From a bacterium (lineage in GTDB: Bacteria > UBA8248), in the NCBI GenBank assembly GCA_965221165.1, contig CBDCRP010000003.1, forward strand, positions 512,001 to 576,000: DNA of 64,000 bases, read 5' to 3'. Positions 62,262-64,000 of the stretch are shown piece by piece (position 1 is the stretch's first letter; every line of letters starts with the position of its first letter). The position numbers and the translations under genes are program-made. The notes beneath the pieces were generated by a model. The model was not told the DNA's origin. It did not search any database and was given only the letters and a program-made list of their open reading frames with translations.

Positions 62262-63479
62262 ATGAGCGCACGCATGAAACGAGGATTCGCTATTTTTGTG
62301 GGATTGGCGTTCGCCTTGGGCGTCGTTCTTTCGGTCGCGCCCGCCCAGGCGGCGAAGAAGCCGGTCGTCATCGGGGTGGCCATCGCACTCTCAGGAAAAG
62401 TTTCCAAATCCGGGAAACTCACCCTTCGCGGATATGAGATGTGGCAGCGCGAAGTCAACGCGCGAGGCGGGCTGCTCGGCCGCAAGGTGGTGCTCAAGGT
62501 CTACGACGATGAGAGCAACCCCACCACCGGGGCGAAGCTCATCGAACGCCTCATCAACCGCGACAAGGCGGAAATCATCTTCGGCCCGTTCAGCAGTCCG
62601 GTCACCTACGCGACGAGCACCGTCACCGAGAAATACAAGTATCCCATGATCGCAGGCGGCTCGAGCAGTTCCAAGCCGTTCTCCCGGGGCTACAAGTATC
62701 TCTTCCAGGTGATGCGGGTGAACAACGACGCGCTTCTCGGCAACCTCTCCCTCTTGAAGGAAAAGGGCGCCAAGACCATCGCGGTCATCCACTCGGCGAG
62801 CATCTACCCGTCCTCTCTCGCCAAAGGGGTCGTGAAGCTAGGCAAGAAGCTCGGCTTCAAGGTGCTTTCGGTGGACAAGTATCCCCCGAAGACGACGGAC
62901 TTCACCTCGCTCCTCCTCAAGGCGAAGGGGATGAACCCCGACGTGCTCTGCCTGTTCGGCTACTACCCCGACGGGCTGGCCATTTCCAAGCAGGCCAAGG
63001 AGCTGGACGTCAACCCCCGCCACTTGAACGTCATGCTGGGAGCCTCTTATGAAGAGTACGGCTCGAAGAAGGGCGTGGGCCTGGATTCGAATTACGTGAG
63101 CGGCTACACGGGCTGGGAGCCGTTCATGAACACGCCGGGCAACAAGGCGTTCGTGAAGAGATATTTCGATGAGTACAAGGACGACCGCTTCATGGACTCG
63201 CACGTCACCTACGGCTACATCGTCGGCCAGGTGATGGAAAAGGCGGTGAACAAGGTCGGCTCGTTCAATCGGGATAGAATCCGCGACGCGATCGCCGCGA
63301 TGAAGTTCGACAGCCTCATGCCGGGAGAGTTCCGGGTGGACCCGAAGTCCGGCATGCAGATCGGACACGAGTGGGCGGCCTTCCAGTGGCAAAACGGCAA
63401 AAAGGTCATCGTATGGCCGAAGAACGTCGCCACGGGTGAATTCGTCTACCCGACGCCCAAGTGGAGAGCAAGGAACTAG
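62262..63479 (+). CDS. Branched-chain amino acid-type ABC substrate-binding protein
   Basis: Signal peptide, VNARGGLLGRKV.L.VYDDESNP, IFGPFSS, QWQNGK..IVWP. Confidence 0.9.
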   Translation: MSARMKRGFAIFVGLAFALGVVLSVAPAQAAKKPVVIGVAIALSGKVSKSGKLTLRGYEMWQREVNARGGLLGRKVVLKVYDDESNPTTGAKLIERLINRDKAEIIFGPFSSPVTYATSTVTEKYKYPMIAGGSSSSKPFSRGYKYLFQVMRVNNDALLGNLSLLKEKGAKTIAVIHSASIYPSSLAKGVVKLGKKLGFKVLSVDKYPPKTTDFTSLLLKAKGMNPDVLCLFGYYPDGLAISKQAKELDVNPRHLNVMLGASYEEYGSKKGVGLDSNYVSGYTGWEPFMNTPGNKAFVKRYFDEYKDDRFMDSHVTYGYIVGQVMEKAVNKVGSFNRDRIRDAIAAMKFDSLMPGEFRVDPKSGMQIGHEWAAFQWQNGKKVIVWPKNVATGEFVYPTPKWRARN

Positions 63480-63614
63480 CCTCTTCCCGGAACGAAAAGC
63501 GGAGAGAAGAAACGGTTTCAAGGCGGCGGTTCCGCCTTCCGCTCCGAAGCGGGGGGCGGGCGCCGCCGCCCGGAGGAGCCGCGCCGAATACAAGGGGGAA
63601 CGTGCGCCGTGAGC

Positions 63615-64000
63615 ATGGAAATAATGCCGCTAATGTTCACGCAAGCCGTCATCAGCGGCATACTGATGGGCGCGGTCTACGCCCTTCTGGCCTTGGGCCT
63701 CACGATGATCTTCGGCGTCATGCACGTCATCAACATCGCCCACGGCGAGATGCTCATGCTGGGTGCCTATGTGAGCTTCTGGCTCTTTCACCATTTCGGC
63801 TTGAGTCCCCTGCTCTCCATCGTCTTCGCCGCCCCGCTCATGTTCGCCGTCGGGGCGCTTCTCGAAAAGGGCATCATCGAAAGGGTCGTCGAGGACATCG
63901 AGACGAACTCTCTCCTCGTCACCTTCGGCATCTCCATCTGCATCGTGAACATCGCGATATGGCTGTGGACCACCGATTTCAAGGCCATCCCCTACCTCTC
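63615..64000 (+). CDS. LivH-type ABC permease, partial
   Basis: Manual translation: QAVISGILMGAVYALLALGLTMIFGVMHVINIAHGEMLMLGAY. Confidence 0.88.
   Translation, partial: MEIMPLMFTQAVISGILMGAVYALLALGLTMIFGVMHVINIAHGEMLMLGAYVSFWLFHHFGLSPLLSIVFAAPLMFAVGALLEKGIIERVVEDIETNSLLVTFGISICIVNIAIWLWTTDFKAIPYL

Noticed and set aside
63520-63572. GC-rich hairpin after the binding-protein gene as a new ncRNA
   Set aside because: Such hairpins commonly follow substrate-binding genes in ABC operons and stabilise the mRNA. Nothing else supports an ncRNA.

Overview
GC-rich bacterial chromosomal window with no rRNA, tRNA or CRISPR seen. Housekeeping genes: partial gdhA-like gene, transaldolase, pyrR-pyrB-pyrC-carA-carB with a PyrR attenuator, two PPIases, mfd, rodZ, aroF, comF, pdxA, cca and a second pyrR. 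Two metabolic clusters stand out. (1) A selenium locus at 25775-36136: two acyl-CoA dehydrogenases, a UGSC-type selenoprotein that the ORF track splits at an in-frame UGA followed by a SECIS-like hairpin, its partner protein, then a tightly coupled ridA-yqeB-AAA+ ATPase-vWA-yqeC-xdhC run. It resembles the CoxD/E/F maturation system but is attached to Se-cofactor genes. (2) A ring-catabolism locus at 49913-61484: carbamate kinase, an AtzD-type cyanuric acid hydrolase, a BMP-type ABC importer, a cyclase, FdrA and DUF1116, suggesting ATP-yielding phosphorolysis. Unannotated features include a Phe/Tyr-rich leader peptide attenuator before aroF, a family of 32-bp covarying hairpin repeats mixed with GTAG and CGTC REPs, two copies of an IHF-consensus site plus phased T-tracts, and a 147-bp duplication of the pdxA 3' end fused to a truncated rhuM. 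Three single-base frameshifts (carB, ankyrin gene) suggest residual sequencing errors. All protein assignments are by motif recognition, not database search.
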